From Pinibacter soli (lineage in GTDB: Bacteria; Bacteroidota; Bacteroidia; Chitinophagales; Chitinophagaceae), in NCBI RefSeq assembly GCF_029961145.1, contig NZ_JASBRG010000007.1, positions 598,155-662,154 of the forward strand: a stretch of 64,000 nucleotides of DNA, written 5' to 3'. Below the pieces are notes generated by a model. The model was not told the DNA's origin, made no database searches, and saw only the letters and a list, made by a program, of their open reading frames with translations. Shown here piece by piece: positions 18,184 through 27,133 of the stretch. How positions within the stretch are numbered: the first letter of the stretch is position 1; the number at the start of each line of letters is the position of its first letter. Made by a program: the position numbers and the translations under genes.

Positions 18184-18867
18184 ATGACCAGACTGCCGTT
18201 ATTATTTTTGCTTACTCTTGCAACCTCTGTCCACGCCCAAAGCAATTTCGTCACGCGGGACAGTGCGCATATTTTCTGGCAACCCGGAACCGTGCTCTCT
18301 CTTTCTGATTTTAAAGGAGACAGCACCGACAAATACAAAGAACCTCATGGCAGTTCCAATATAAAAGCCTTTGCCCATATTGTCATCTGGAGCATTTTGG
18401 ATGTACCAAAGAAAAAGAAAGACAGAGGCAGGAAACTGGAGAAAGCCTACATCGCTCCCGCTTTTGATATCACTGGGTCTTTTGCCCTTACAAGCGATGC
18501 CACGCAAATTGCCAAACAACAAATATATTTTGACATTGCAGAAGTCTGGGCAAGGTGGGGAAGGCAACAATTAAAATCATACCAGGAAACTGTTCCCGGT
18601 TATGGAATTGTTTTTAGCATGTACGCTACTGTTGTAAGAGATATGAAGGCCCAGCAGGCAAAAATGAACGACGATTACGCAAAAGAAATTTTTAACGGCA
18701 AATCGCCGGATGCGTTTACAAAATGGAGAAAATTGATTGATGACAAACTGGAAGAAACAAAGGCCTGGGCCACCACACCTCAAGAATGCTTCCGTTTCAT
18801 AAGTGACAAACCCGTTGAGGAGGATTACGAGCAATCACCGACAGTGATGAGCGCCATCCCACAATAA
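18184..18867 (+). CDS. Hypothetical secreted protein
   Basis: Signal peptide MTRLPLLFLLTLATSVHAQ. No recognised family. Confidence 0.5.
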   Translation: MTRLPLLFLLTLATSVHAQSNFVTRDSAHIFWQPGTVLSLSDFKGDSTDKYKEPHGSSNIKAFAHIVIWSILDVPKKKKDRGRKLEKAYIAPAFDITGSFALTSDATQIAKQQIYFDIAEVWARWGRQQLKSYQETVPGYGIVFSMYATVVRDMKAQQAKMNDDYAKEIFNGKSPDAFTKWRKLIDDKLEETKAWATTPQECFRFISDKPVEEDYEQSPTVMSAIPQ

Positions 18868-18878
18868 GAGAGCACGCA

Positions 18879-19158
18879 GATGACGCTGATTTAGCAGATT
18901 TACGCTGATTTTTAACCGCAAAGAACGCGAAGTGGACACAAAGACAACGAAGGTATTTTACAACTTCGAACATACTTTTAAATAGCTGCGTCATAAAAAG
19001 AAAGGGAACAAAGATATCTTACAACCTTCGCTCCCTTTACCGCCTGCTATCTATTTTGCTGCCAACTTCTTTGCCCTTTGCGGTTAGAAAAAGCAACTCC
19101 TGAATGCTATTACCCAGCAAACAAAAAATCAGCTCAAATCTGCTAAATCAGCGTCATC
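18879..19158. mobile_element. MITE-like element with 23-bp perfect terminal inverted repeats
   Basis: gatgacgctgatttagcagattt (18879-18901) is the exact reverse complement of aaatctgctaaatcagcgtcatc (about 19136-19158). The pair flanks about 235 bp with no ORF and internal CAAAGG-type subrepeats (aaccgcaaag ... ctttgccctttgcggtt). Confidence 0.6.
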
Positions 19159-19173
19159 TGTGTGCAAATCGTC

Positions 19174-19803
19174 TTATCCAATGTGCTTCTTAAACCACTC
19201 CACTGACAGCTGTATATCTTGTTGCGTTAAGCCATGACTTGTCTGTAAGTTGTAGTCTGCCACATCAAAGCCAGCTTTTTTCAATACATCAACATAACGT
19301 ACTGTTGCTGCTGGATCAATGGTTGGATCACTGGCACCATTGCTCATGAAGACAGGCGTTTTCTTTGTATTAACTACTGTGGCAGAAATTTCTTTAAACG
19401 GCTGCATGGGTCTGTACAATATTGCACCCGCTAAAAAATCGGGATATTGTAAAAGCGTGGAGCCTGCAATATTCGCTCCATTCGAATAGCCAAGTGCGAT
19501 GATTTTACCAGCATCAAAATTTTCCTTCACGGCCAAGTCCTTAATAAAATGCACCATTTCATCTGTTCTGAACGCAAGATCTTTCTCATCAAAAATGCCC
19601 ATTCCCAGACGTTTGAAAAACCTTGGCATTCCTCCTTCCGAAACATTCCCACGCAAACTGAGAATATTAAAATTGTCTCCGAAATATTTAGCTATCGGCA
19701 AAAGATCATTCTCATCTCCTCCGGTGCCATGTAAAAGTAACAGAGTGTTTTGTGTTTTCGTTTCGGCGGGTTGGTATATATATTTAAGTTCGCTATAGTT
19801 CAT
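19174..19803 (-). CDS. Alpha/beta hydrolase (phospholipase/carboxylesterase family)
   Basis: LLLLHGTGGDENDL...IIALGYSNGANIAGS (GxSxG nucleophile elbow)...FMSNGASDPTIDP. Confidence 0.8.
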   Translation of the reverse strand: MNYSELKYIYQPAETKTQNTLLLLHGTGGDENDLLPIAKYFGDNFNILSLRGNVSEGGMPRFFKRLGMGIFDEKDLAFRTDEMVHFIKDLAVKENFDAGKIIALGYSNGANIAGSTLLQYPDFLAGAILYRPMQPFKEISATVVNTKKTPVFMSNGASDPTIDPAATVRYVDVLKKAGFDVADYNLQTSHGLTQQDIQLSVEWFKKHIG

Positions 19804-19823
19804 GATTGTTTCCTTTTTTTTAA

Positions 19824-19924
19824 ATAACTGAATAATTGAATAATTGAATGTTCATATTCGAAAAGTCTCTTCGACTTTCAACCACTCAGTTTATTCAGTC
19901 ATTCAGTTATTCAATTATTAATTC
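19824..19924. repeat. AACTGAAT/AATTGAAT-armed inverted-repeat element; overlaps the stop of 19918-20856
   Basis: Left arm aactgaataattgaataattgaatg, right arm cattcagttattcaattattaatt, around the core hairpin aaagtctcttcgacttt. Family members also at 33605-33688 and 51541-51560. Confidence 0.6.
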
Positions 19925-20856
19925 AACGGCACTAAATGCGCTTCTATTTTCTTTCTCTGAGGTTCGTACTGAACAGGCAGTTTGAGGTTTTTACCCAATT
20001 CTTCTACCGGCTCATCTACTGTGAAACCAGGATTATCTGTGGCTATTTCAAACAACACACCACCAGGCTCTCTGAAGTATAATGAATGGAAATAGTTACG
20101 GTCTATTTGCGGTGTTATGTGTAAGCCAAGCGCTTCTATCTTCTCACGCAATTCCATTTGCGTAGCATCATCTTTTACACGGAAAGCGATGTGGTGTACT
20201 GTACCATTGGCGCCCAAGCCATGGTTTTCATTCGGCAGTTCCACGATATCTATTATGTTTGCTGTAGCTATTGCATCAGTAGCATAACGGTAGCGATTAC
20301 CTTCTTGCGCTATCAGTTTGTAGTCAAACACATTCGTCAATATTGACGCTGTTGGTTTAGCGTCATTCAATGTTAATGTAACATTATAAAAACCTTTTGT
20401 CGCAACATTCGCTTTTACTTCATCTGTTTCGAATGGCTTGCGGCTATCAGTGTCATCAGTTTCTATCAACTCAAGTTTCAAGCCATCCGGATCGAGGAAA
20501 GTAAGATAACGCGCACCGAATTTTTCTGCGATATTGTTATAAATAACGTTCTTTTCTTCAAAACGTTGTTTCCACCATTCTAGGCTTCCTTTTGGCACAG
20601 AATAACCGATCTCTGTTGCCATTCCTGCACCTCTGCGACCTTGTCTCACTGCACTTCCCCAAGGGAAGAATGTAAGGATGGTGCCGGGAGTTCCTTCGTA
20701 GTCACCGAAATAGAAGTGATATGTTTGTGGGTCGTCGAAATTTACTGTTTTCTTGATAAAACGTAGACCCAATACTTTGGTATAAAAATCAAAATTACGT
20801 TTTGCATCTCCAGCGATAGCTGTTATATGATGTAGTCCTAAAATTCTGTTTGTCAT
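19918..20856 (-). CDS. VOC-family ring-cleaving dioxygenase (glyoxalase/extradiol dioxygenase superfamily)
   Basis: Two tandem VOC modules (LGLHHITAIAGDAKRNFDFYTKVLGL; VHHIAFRVKDDATQMELREKIEALG). Confidence 0.8.
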   Translation of the reverse strand: MTNRILGLHHITAIAGDAKRNFDFYTKVLGLRFIKKTVNFDDPQTYHFYFGDYEGTPGTILTFFPWGSAVRQGRRGAGMATEIGYSVPKGSLEWWKQRFEEKNVIYNNIAEKFGARYLTFLDPDGLKLELIETDDTDSRKPFETDEVKANVATKGFYNVTLTLNDAKPTASILTNVFDYKLIAQEGNRYRYATDAIATANIIDIVELPNENHGLGANGTVHHIAFRVKDDATQMELREKIEALGLHITPQIDRNYFHSLYFREPGGVLFEIATDNPGFTVDEPVEELGKNLKLPVQYEPQRKKIEAHLVPLN

Positions 20857-20933
20857 ATAGTTTCCTTTTTTGATAACACAAAGTTCTAACAGCGATGAAA
20901 GATTTCCATTGAACTAGGACAAGAAATAAAGAA

Positions 20934-21242
20934 CTATTCTTTTTGGCTGAGTGCCTGCAGAATTTCCGTTTGTAGCAAGCCGCTTCCTCCGCCATAGTGC
21001 TGAATAACAATTACATCCTCGCAGCGGGAAGTAAAATACGAGCGTAGTCTTTTTTCGCTGGCCTCCTCTATTCCTGAGCCGAGCAAAATGATGTCGAAAT
21101 TATTCTCGCTGAATATCTCCATCGCCTGGTCGTCTGTCTGCACACCAACACCCTTCCAGTTTTCGGTTTTATTAATAACCCTCACCATAGTATCAACAAT
21201 ATCAGCGTTGCGGCAGATGTATAAAATGCTTATTTCTTTCAT
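20934..21242 (-). CDS. Hypothetical protein (102 aa)
   Basis: ORF only. Possible Rossmann-like small domain. No firm motif. Confidence 0.4.
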   Translation of the reverse strand: MKEISILYICRNADIVDTMVRVINKTENWKGVGVQTDDQAMEIFSENNFDIILLGSGIEEASEKRLRSYFTSRCEDVIVIQHYGGGSGLLQTEILQALSQKE

Positions 21243-21397
21243 GATTGTTATTTTGGTTACACTATAAAGAACACTTTACAGCGCTACAAAGTTGCTGCAC
21301 GAATAAGTTACAAACATTGAACCAGAACAAGAAATGGAGGAAGGTTAAATTTAAGGAAACAAAGAAAAAGGAATTCGTTTCTGCGCAGCATCAAGAT

Positions 21398-21516
21398 TTA
21401 CCACTAAGGCACTCAGGACACTAAGCTTCACTAAGAAATACCTTATAGATGACGACTATTCAAATAATTTAACTTCCCTTAGTGAAACTTAGTGTCCTCA
21501 GTGCCTTAGTGGTAAA
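21398..21516. repeat. CACTAAG-armed inverted-repeat element
   Basis: tttaccactaaggcactcaggacactaagcttcactaag and cttagtgaaacttagtgtcctcagtgccttagtggtaaa are reverse complements around about 40 bp. Confidence 0.65.
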
Positions 21517-21562
21517 GATTCGGGGCTTACCCAAAAGACCGCAGCACATCATACACTGGCAG

Positions 21563-22141
21563 TTATTTCCTAGACAGCTTAGTCCTCACCTTACTCAAAA
21601 ACTCAGGTGAAAAACCAAGGTAAGATGCAATATAATGCTGAGCCACCCGCTGGGGAATGGTCGGATAACGTTCAATAAAATCAAGGTATTTTTCTACCGC
21701 TGTTTTTGCAATGGTCTGAAAAAGCCGCTCCTGCAAACGTGATAAATTGCGCTGCACCATAATCCGAAACATCCTTTCAAAACATGGAGCTGCTCTAAGC
21801 AGTTTTTCTTTACTATCGGGAGTCAATATTAGCAGTTCACAATCTTCCAATGTCTCTATAAACATGCGACTCGGCTTTTGGTCGTGAAAACTTGCGATGT
21901 CGCTCACCCACCATTCTTCCGTTGCGAACTGAAGTGTAACCTCTGCTCCATTTTCATTAATGTAGTATGTTCTCGCACATCCCTTTTCAATGTACGCCTC
22001 GAAGCGGCAAATCTCACCCTCTTGTAAAAGCAACGTTTTTTTGGGAACAATTTTAGGCTGCAATAAAGAATTGAAGAGTGTCATTTCCTCCTTTGTAGCA
22101 GTAACGTATTTTGATGCATAGGAACTGATGTCGTGGGTCAT
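21563..22141 (-). CDS. Crp/Fnr-family transcriptional regulator
   Basis: cNMP-binding beta-roll (LLLQEGEICRFEAYIEKGCARTYYINENGAEVT) plus a C-terminal HTH (RVAQHYIASYLGFSPEFLSKVR). Start is probably the internal Met (MTHDISS). The ORF is open to 22177. Confidence 0.8.
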   Translation of the reverse strand: MTHDISSYASKYVTATKEEMTLFNSLLQPKIVPKKTLLLQEGEICRFEAYIEKGCARTYYINENGAEVTLQFATEEWWVSDIASFHDQKPSRMFIETLEDCELLILTPDSKEKLLRAAPCFERMFRIMVQRNLSRLQERLFQTIAKTAVEKYLDFIERYPTIPQRVAQHYIASYLGFSPEFLSKVRTKLSRK

Positions 22142-22248
22142 GGCACAAATATAGGGATGAACATGGAGATGTGGCATGTACGATGTAAGAAGTACGATTT
22201 GCGAAATTCGCTAGAATGATTCATCCTAAACACTATCGTACATCGCAA

Positions 22249-22857
22249 TCACTGATCAACAATTGTCCGAAAAGTCAGATTCACTCTCGGCGAAACAATC
22301 TTTTTAGATTTTGGCAAACTGTGCAGCCAATTGGTTTGCGTGGCGCCTTTCATTAAAAGCAGGCTACCGTTTTCAAGCAATATGGAATGCGATTCGCCGG
22401 TGCGTTTGTGTTTGAATGAAAATTTCCTCTCTGCACCAAAACTAAAAGAAGCAATACTCGTATTTACGCCAAGCGAGCTTTCATCATCGCTGTGCCAGGC
22501 CATGCCCTCGTTGCCATTGTGATATAAATTGAGCAGACAGGAATTATATTTGGTGCCAGTCAAATTCTCAGCGATAGTTTTTAATGCAAGTAATTCTTTT
22601 GTCCATGGCAAAGCTTGTTTTGTTGTGCCGGAATATGTGTATGAATAACTGGAATCGCCGTACCATGCTGCTTTTCGTTTTGTAATTATGTGCCTGCCAA
22701 AAATCACCGTCTCGTCATTCTTCCATTGAATTTCCTTTAAAAGCGTATGCAAATAATTGTTTGCTTCAGGTAACGGAATGATTCTTCCATAGTAAACTAC
22801 TTCACCATCATAAGGCAGAAGATTTTCTACGGTATCATTGTCAAACAAGGTTGTCAT
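22249..22857 (-). CDS. alkB: Alpha-ketoglutarate-dependent DNA dioxygenase AlkB
   Basis: 2OG-Fe(II) oxygenase motifs MAWHSDDE...HSILLENGSLLLMKGATQTNWLHSLPK...RVNLTFR. Confidence 0.85.
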   Translation of the reverse strand: MTTLFDNDTVENLLPYDGEVVYYGRIIPLPEANNYLHTLLKEIQWKNDETVIFGRHIITKRKAAWYGDSSYSYTYSGTTKQALPWTKELLALKTIAENLTGTKYNSCLLNLYHNGNEGMAWHSDDESSLGVNTSIASFSFGAERKFSFKHKRTGESHSILLENGSLLLMKGATQTNWLHSLPKSKKIVSPRVNLTFRTIVDQ

Positions 22858-23057
22858 AGTTTTTCAGCTTTCCATTTTTTATAGTCATCATACATGCATT
22901 GCGCACAGGGCCTGAAGCCATGGTCAATTGACTCTTCCACTGACTGGAAAAAAAATCTATTCGCTTTCTTCATCCGCTTTCCACTCTTGCAATCAAGCTT
23001 TCCATAAATTTTCAGCTTCACATTTCCACCGAAATTAATTTCATTCGCTCTTATCAT
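22854..23057 (-). CDS. Ada metal-binding (Ada_Zn_binding) domain protein
   Basis: KIYGKLDCKSGKRMKKANRFFFQSVEESIDHGFRPCAQCM is a Cys4 Ada N-terminal zinc motif. The ORF is open to 23189 and the true start is uncertain. A 4-bp overlap with alkB implies an operon. Confidence 0.55.
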   Translation of the reverse strand: MIRANEINFGGNVKLKIYGKLDCKSGKRMKKANRFFFQSVEESIDHGFRPCAQCMYDDYKKWKAEKL

Positions 23058-23223
23058 TTTGCGAAGATCAGAATCATTGACATCGCTATGTTTTATCAAA
23101 GCAGTTCTAATTATAGTTAATAAAGAATAATTAACAGGTGTAGCAAATAGAACGAGTGCAAACTTGCAGAAAATGCATGCTACAATCACCTTTAATCAGC
23201 AGCACAGAAAGCATTACTAATTT

Positions 23224-24075
23224 CTAATTTCTAATTCGCCTCCTCGCTGCTTCCCATCCAATCATCGCACTCTTTCTCGCACTTCCCCAATGATATTCGC
23301 CTGTTTCCCCGTTCATTCTGATTACGCGATGGCAGGGAATCAGAAATGCCACCGGGTTGCTGCCAATCGCCGAGCCTACAGCCCGTGACGCTGTTGGTGC
23401 GTCGATCAACTCTGCAATGCCTGAATATGTTTTCAATTCTCCAGCTGGTACTTTAATCAAAGCGTCCCATACTTTCAATTGAAATGCGGTGCCTTTCAGG
23501 TGCAATTTTATTTGCGACAATTTGCTCCAGTCTTGTGTAAAGATAAAAAGCGCCTGTTGCTGATTGGCGTCTACCAATTGGGAAAACTGTGCATTGGGAA
23601 AACTATTTTGCAATTCATTGAACGCCGCGCCTTGTCCATCATCCGCAAAAGCCATGTGGCAAATACCTTTTGGTGTAGATGCGACGATCATCTCACCAAA
23701 AGGCGTCTCTGCAAAACTATAATTGATTGTAAGTTCCCTCCCGCCGTTTTTAAATTCGCCCGGCGTCATCCCTTCTATTTTAATAAAAAGATCATGCAAT
23801 CTGCCTGTTCCTGAAAGTCCGGTATCGTAGGCTGTATCAATCAAAGACGATTTTGTCTCTTTCAAAATATCCTTCGCATACTCAATACTTAAATATTGTA
23901 AAAACTGCTTTGGAGTAATGCCTGCCCATTCTTTGAACATCTTTTGAAAATGAAAAGGGCTCAAATGCACATGTGCCGCTGCATCCTCAAGTGAAGGTTG
24001 CTGTTTGAAATTATCTTTATAGAAGTTGATTGCATCCGCAATTCTGTTGAAATTAATCTGCTCTTGCAATTCCAT
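23224..24075 (-). CDS. ada: Bifunctional Ada-like regulator: AraC-type HTH plus methylated-DNA-protein-cysteine methyltransferase
   Basis: AraC HTH (AAAHVHLSPFHFQKMFKEWAGITPKQFLQYL) and an MGMT active site (IPCHRVIRMNGETGEYHWG). Confidence 0.85.
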   Translation of the reverse strand: MELQEQINFNRIADAINFYKDNFKQQPSLEDAAAHVHLSPFHFQKMFKEWAGITPKQFLQYLSIEYAKDILKETKSSLIDTAYDTGLSGTGRLHDLFIKIEGMTPGEFKNGGRELTINYSFAETPFGEMIVASTPKGICHMAFADDGQGAAFNELQNSFPNAQFSQLVDANQQQALFIFTQDWSKLSQIKLHLKGTAFQLKVWDALIKVPAGELKTYSGIAELIDAPTASRAVGSAIGSNPVAFLIPCHRVIRMNGETGEYHWGSARKSAMIGWEAARRRIRN

Positions 24076-24233
24076 ACTTTTTTGTTTAATGGCTCAAAAT
24101 TACAAGCGGAATTGACGCCCGAAAACCCGATTCTTGCTTTGTTTATAAAATTATCTTTTTTTTGGAGACAAGCATTTGAACACTATTGAACATCCTTGCG
24201 TCGCACTCTTGAACTGATCAACAATGATGAGCA

Positions 24234-25124
24234 TTGAACTTTATTGCACAACTTTTGTTCAACAGAATAACAACCCAAACTCAGCGCCATATGCAAGCAA
24301 ACACCATTGATGAAGTCTTAACAACCCTTGAAGCAGTCATCGAAGAATCTATTACCACCAACAACCGAGCAGGCTACTTCGCAGCCCTGTATCACAAAGT
24401 AACCTATCAGGTGAAACTCGGCATCAAAAATGGAGAATTTGAAGATGGCGCAAGAATGGAACAGCTCGACGTAATGTTTGCAAATCGTTATCTCGCTGCA
24501 TATGAACAGTGGAAAAACAATATTAAACCAACGGGCTCCTGGGACATTGCTTTTACTACAGTCGGCAAGCGCCGAGCACTGGTATTGCAACATTTGTTAC
24601 TCGGCATTAACGCACACATCAATCTTGATCTTGGCGTTGCAGCAGTGCAAGCTTTAAATGGAGGGCCTTTGCCAAACATCCAAAAAGATTTCGCTGCTAT
24701 CAATAGCATCATTGCATCACTAACCTACGAGGTAATGAATGAAATAACACGCGTATCTCCACTGCTTTCATTGATGGGACTACATGCAACCAACTATAAC
24801 GCCATCATCATACAATTCAGCATTGCCAATGCTCGCGATGGTGCATGGTGCTTTGCGGAAGATCTTTATTCCAAACAGGGCGCGGTGTTCAACAGTTGTA
24901 TAACGGACCGCGACAAAACCATTACAAAACTTGCAGAAGGACTCGTAAGCGCAAAAGGTATTTTACGCTTCACGCTTTGGCTCATTCATTTGTTTGAATG
25001 GAAAAAACCATCAAGAGTTATCAAGGCTTTGTACACCTACAAAAAGAAAGACTTTAGTAAAATGGATATCGAGGCAAGTTCGAAGGTTGTCGCCAATAAA
25101 AAGGTTGTACCAAATCCGGCCTAG
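24234..25124 (+). CDS. Conserved hypothetical protein
   Basis: 296-aa ORF with ordinary composition. No motif I can name confidently. Confidence 0.5.
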   Translation: MNFIAQLLFNRITTQTQRHMQANTIDEVLTTLEAVIEESITTNNRAGYFAALYHKVTYQVKLGIKNGEFEDGARMEQLDVMFANRYLAAYEQWKNNIKPTGSWDIAFTTVGKRRALVLQHLLLGINAHINLDLGVAAVQALNGGPLPNIQKDFAAINSIIASLTYEVMNEITRVSPLLSLMGLHATNYNAIIIQFSIANARDGAWCFAEDLYSKQGAVFNSCITDRDKTITKLAEGLVSAKGILRFTLWLIHLFEWKKPSRVIKALYTYKKKDFSKMDIEASSKVVANKKVVPNPA

Positions 25125-25228
25125 TTTTTTCAACAACAGATGCAGCGAATACTCTATTTTAATCGATGATCAAGACCTGACAGGTTTTAAAACCTGTCAG
25201 ATCTATACAACATCCGAAATAAAACAGA

Positions 25229-25969
25229 CTAGTTTTTCTTTCCCGCTTCATATTCCTTTATCAACTCGATAGTATGATCAATTGACCGTTTATCTCTCCA
25301 GCCCTGATGCCCGGGAATTACAAATTGCGGATCAGGAAATTTTCGTTTAAGATTTTGCATTGTTGCCGGCCATGCTTTTACATTGGCGTCTTTGAGGTTT
25401 CCGAGATCAATAGCATCGGTGCTTTTGATCAGACATCCACCATACAATACTTTTTCTTTCGGAAACCAAATCACAATGTTATCGTTTGTATGACCTGCAC
25501 CGGCGTAGTAAGTTTGAATGGCGTATTCGCCTACATTAAACGTTGTATCTTTTGTGAAATAAAATTGCGGTTGTCGCCCTCCCCTCGTTTTGCATGAATC
25601 ATATGTCGTTCTGGAACAAAATGTCTTGACACCTTTTGTTTTCAAAAAATCAACACCAATGGTACGGTCATCATGAAAATGTGTTGATATACACAGTACC
25701 ACTTTTTTGTGATGCCTCGTTTGAATGCTTTCCAGCAATGGTTGAAACTGAGTTGTGTCCCAGGGCGTATCAATCATCACCACCCCTTTCGAAGTAACTA
25801 CATACATCGCGTTTGCGGGAAACCACGTATCACCTAACAGGCTATACGTGGTATAAACATACACGTTTCCCGCAAGGTGTTCTATTTGCAAAGGCTTGGG
25901 TTTTGCTTGCGAAAAAGCAAAACAATTTATTAAAACAAACAGACAGGCAACTGCAATTTTCCTGATCAT
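25229..25969 (-). CDS. Subclass B1 metallo-beta-lactamase
   Basis: Signal peptide, zinc-ligand motif ISTHFHDDRTIG (HxHxD), and later GHTNDNIVIWFPKEKVLYGGCLIKS (His and Cys ligands). Spacing and context match B1 enzymes such as BlaB/IND/CGB. Start is probably the Met at 25969; the ORF is open to 26014. Confidence 0.8.
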   Translation of the reverse strand: MIRKIAVACLFVLINCFAFSQAKPKPLQIEHLAGNVYVYTTYSLLGDTWFPANAMYVVTSKGVVMIDTPWDTTQFQPLLESIQTRHHKKVVLCISTHFHDDRTIGVDFLKTKGVKTFCSRTTYDSCKTRGGRQPQFYFTKDTTFNVGEYAIQTYYAGAGHTNDNIVIWFPKEKVLYGGCLIKSTDAIDLGNLKDANVKAWPATMQNLKRKFPDPQFVIPGHQGWRDKRSIDHTIELIKEYEAGKKN

Positions 25970-26109
25970 GGTGTAATTGATTTCAAGGCTCGAAGCAATA
26001 TAAGGACATTTCAAAACCGGAACAATTCTTATAAAAGATGCAATCGTCTACCGATTTTCATTTCGCGCCTTTTCGCTAATATTACATTGCAATTATAACA
26101 ACGCTTACT

Positions 26110-27069
26110 ATGGCCTTACATAAACTCAATCCTTTTTCCAAAACCAATAACGATACTGGTTTCGGAACAAATGCCAGTAACTATGGCGGTCGTTTTATTA
26201 ACAAAGATGGTAGTTTCAACCTGCAGAGAGAAGGAGTACCTTTTTTCAAACGCTTTAATGTTTATCACTTACTCATTAATATGCCCGGCTGGAAATTTGC
26301 AATTGTGCTCGTTGCATTTTTCATCACAATCAACCTGGCTTACACTCTGATATATGTGGCGATCGGCATCAATGGCTTGCAGGGATATTTAAGCGCAGAT
26401 AAATGGTCAAGGATAAAAGAGATTTTTTTCTTTAGTACCGAAACATTTACCACTGTTGGTTATGGCCGCGTAAATCCTATCAGCGACGGAACCAATATCG
26501 TTGCGGCTTTTGAGGCAATGACAGGTTTTCTTTCATTTGCCATAGCTACCGGTTTATTCTTTGGCCGTTTCGCCAAACCCAGGGCCTTTCTTTCATTTAG
26601 CGATAATGCTGTGATCGCTCCCTATCAGGATATTACAGGTTTAATGTTTCGCTTCGCGTGTTACAAAGACGGTCATACACTTACAAATGTGGAAGTAAGA
26701 GTTAGCCTCGCCTTGCTGTCGAATGAGAATGGCGAAAACGTCTACAAATTCTTCGACCTTCCATTGGAACGGAAACAGGCAGATTCTTTGCCGATGAATT
26801 TTACCGTGGTGCATCCCATCAACGACCAAAGTCCTATTTACGGTTTTACTTTAGATGATCTTAAGACTGCAGATTTTGAGATCTATGTGCACGTGAAAGC
26901 ATTCAACGATATTTATTCTACAAACGTTCTGCAACGTACTTCTTACACCTATGACGAAGTCAAATTTGACGTAAAATTTGTTCCAATGTATCGCGAAAGT
27001 AATGACGGGAAAAAAACCATTCTTGAAATGCATAAACTAAACACTTACGCAAAGGCAGCAAAAAAATAA
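26110..27069 (+). CDS. Inward-rectifier-type potassium channel (KirBac family)
   Basis: Two TM helices flank a pore helix with the selectivity filter TETFTTVGYG. Followed by a cytoplasmic Ig-like Kir C-terminal domain. Confidence 0.8.
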   Translation: MALHKLNPFSKTNNDTGFGTNASNYGGRFINKDGSFNLQREGVPFFKRFNVYHLLINMPGWKFAIVLVAFFITINLAYTLIYVAIGINGLQGYLSADKWSRIKEIFFFSTETFTTVGYGRVNPISDGTNIVAAFEAMTGFLSFAIATGLFFGRFAKPRAFLSFSDNAVIAPYQDITGLMFRFACYKDGHTLTNVEVRVSLALLSNENGENVYKFFDLPLERKQADSLPMNFTVVHPINDQSPIYGFTLDDLKTADFEIYVHVKAFNDIYSTNVLQRTSYTYDEVKFDVKFVPMYRESNDGKKTILEMHKLNTYAKAAKK

Positions 27070-27133
27070 AGGCCTTCAAATTACCTGCTGGCTTTCAAAA
27101 CATCTTAAATTGTGCGGATATCGCAAAACCAAC

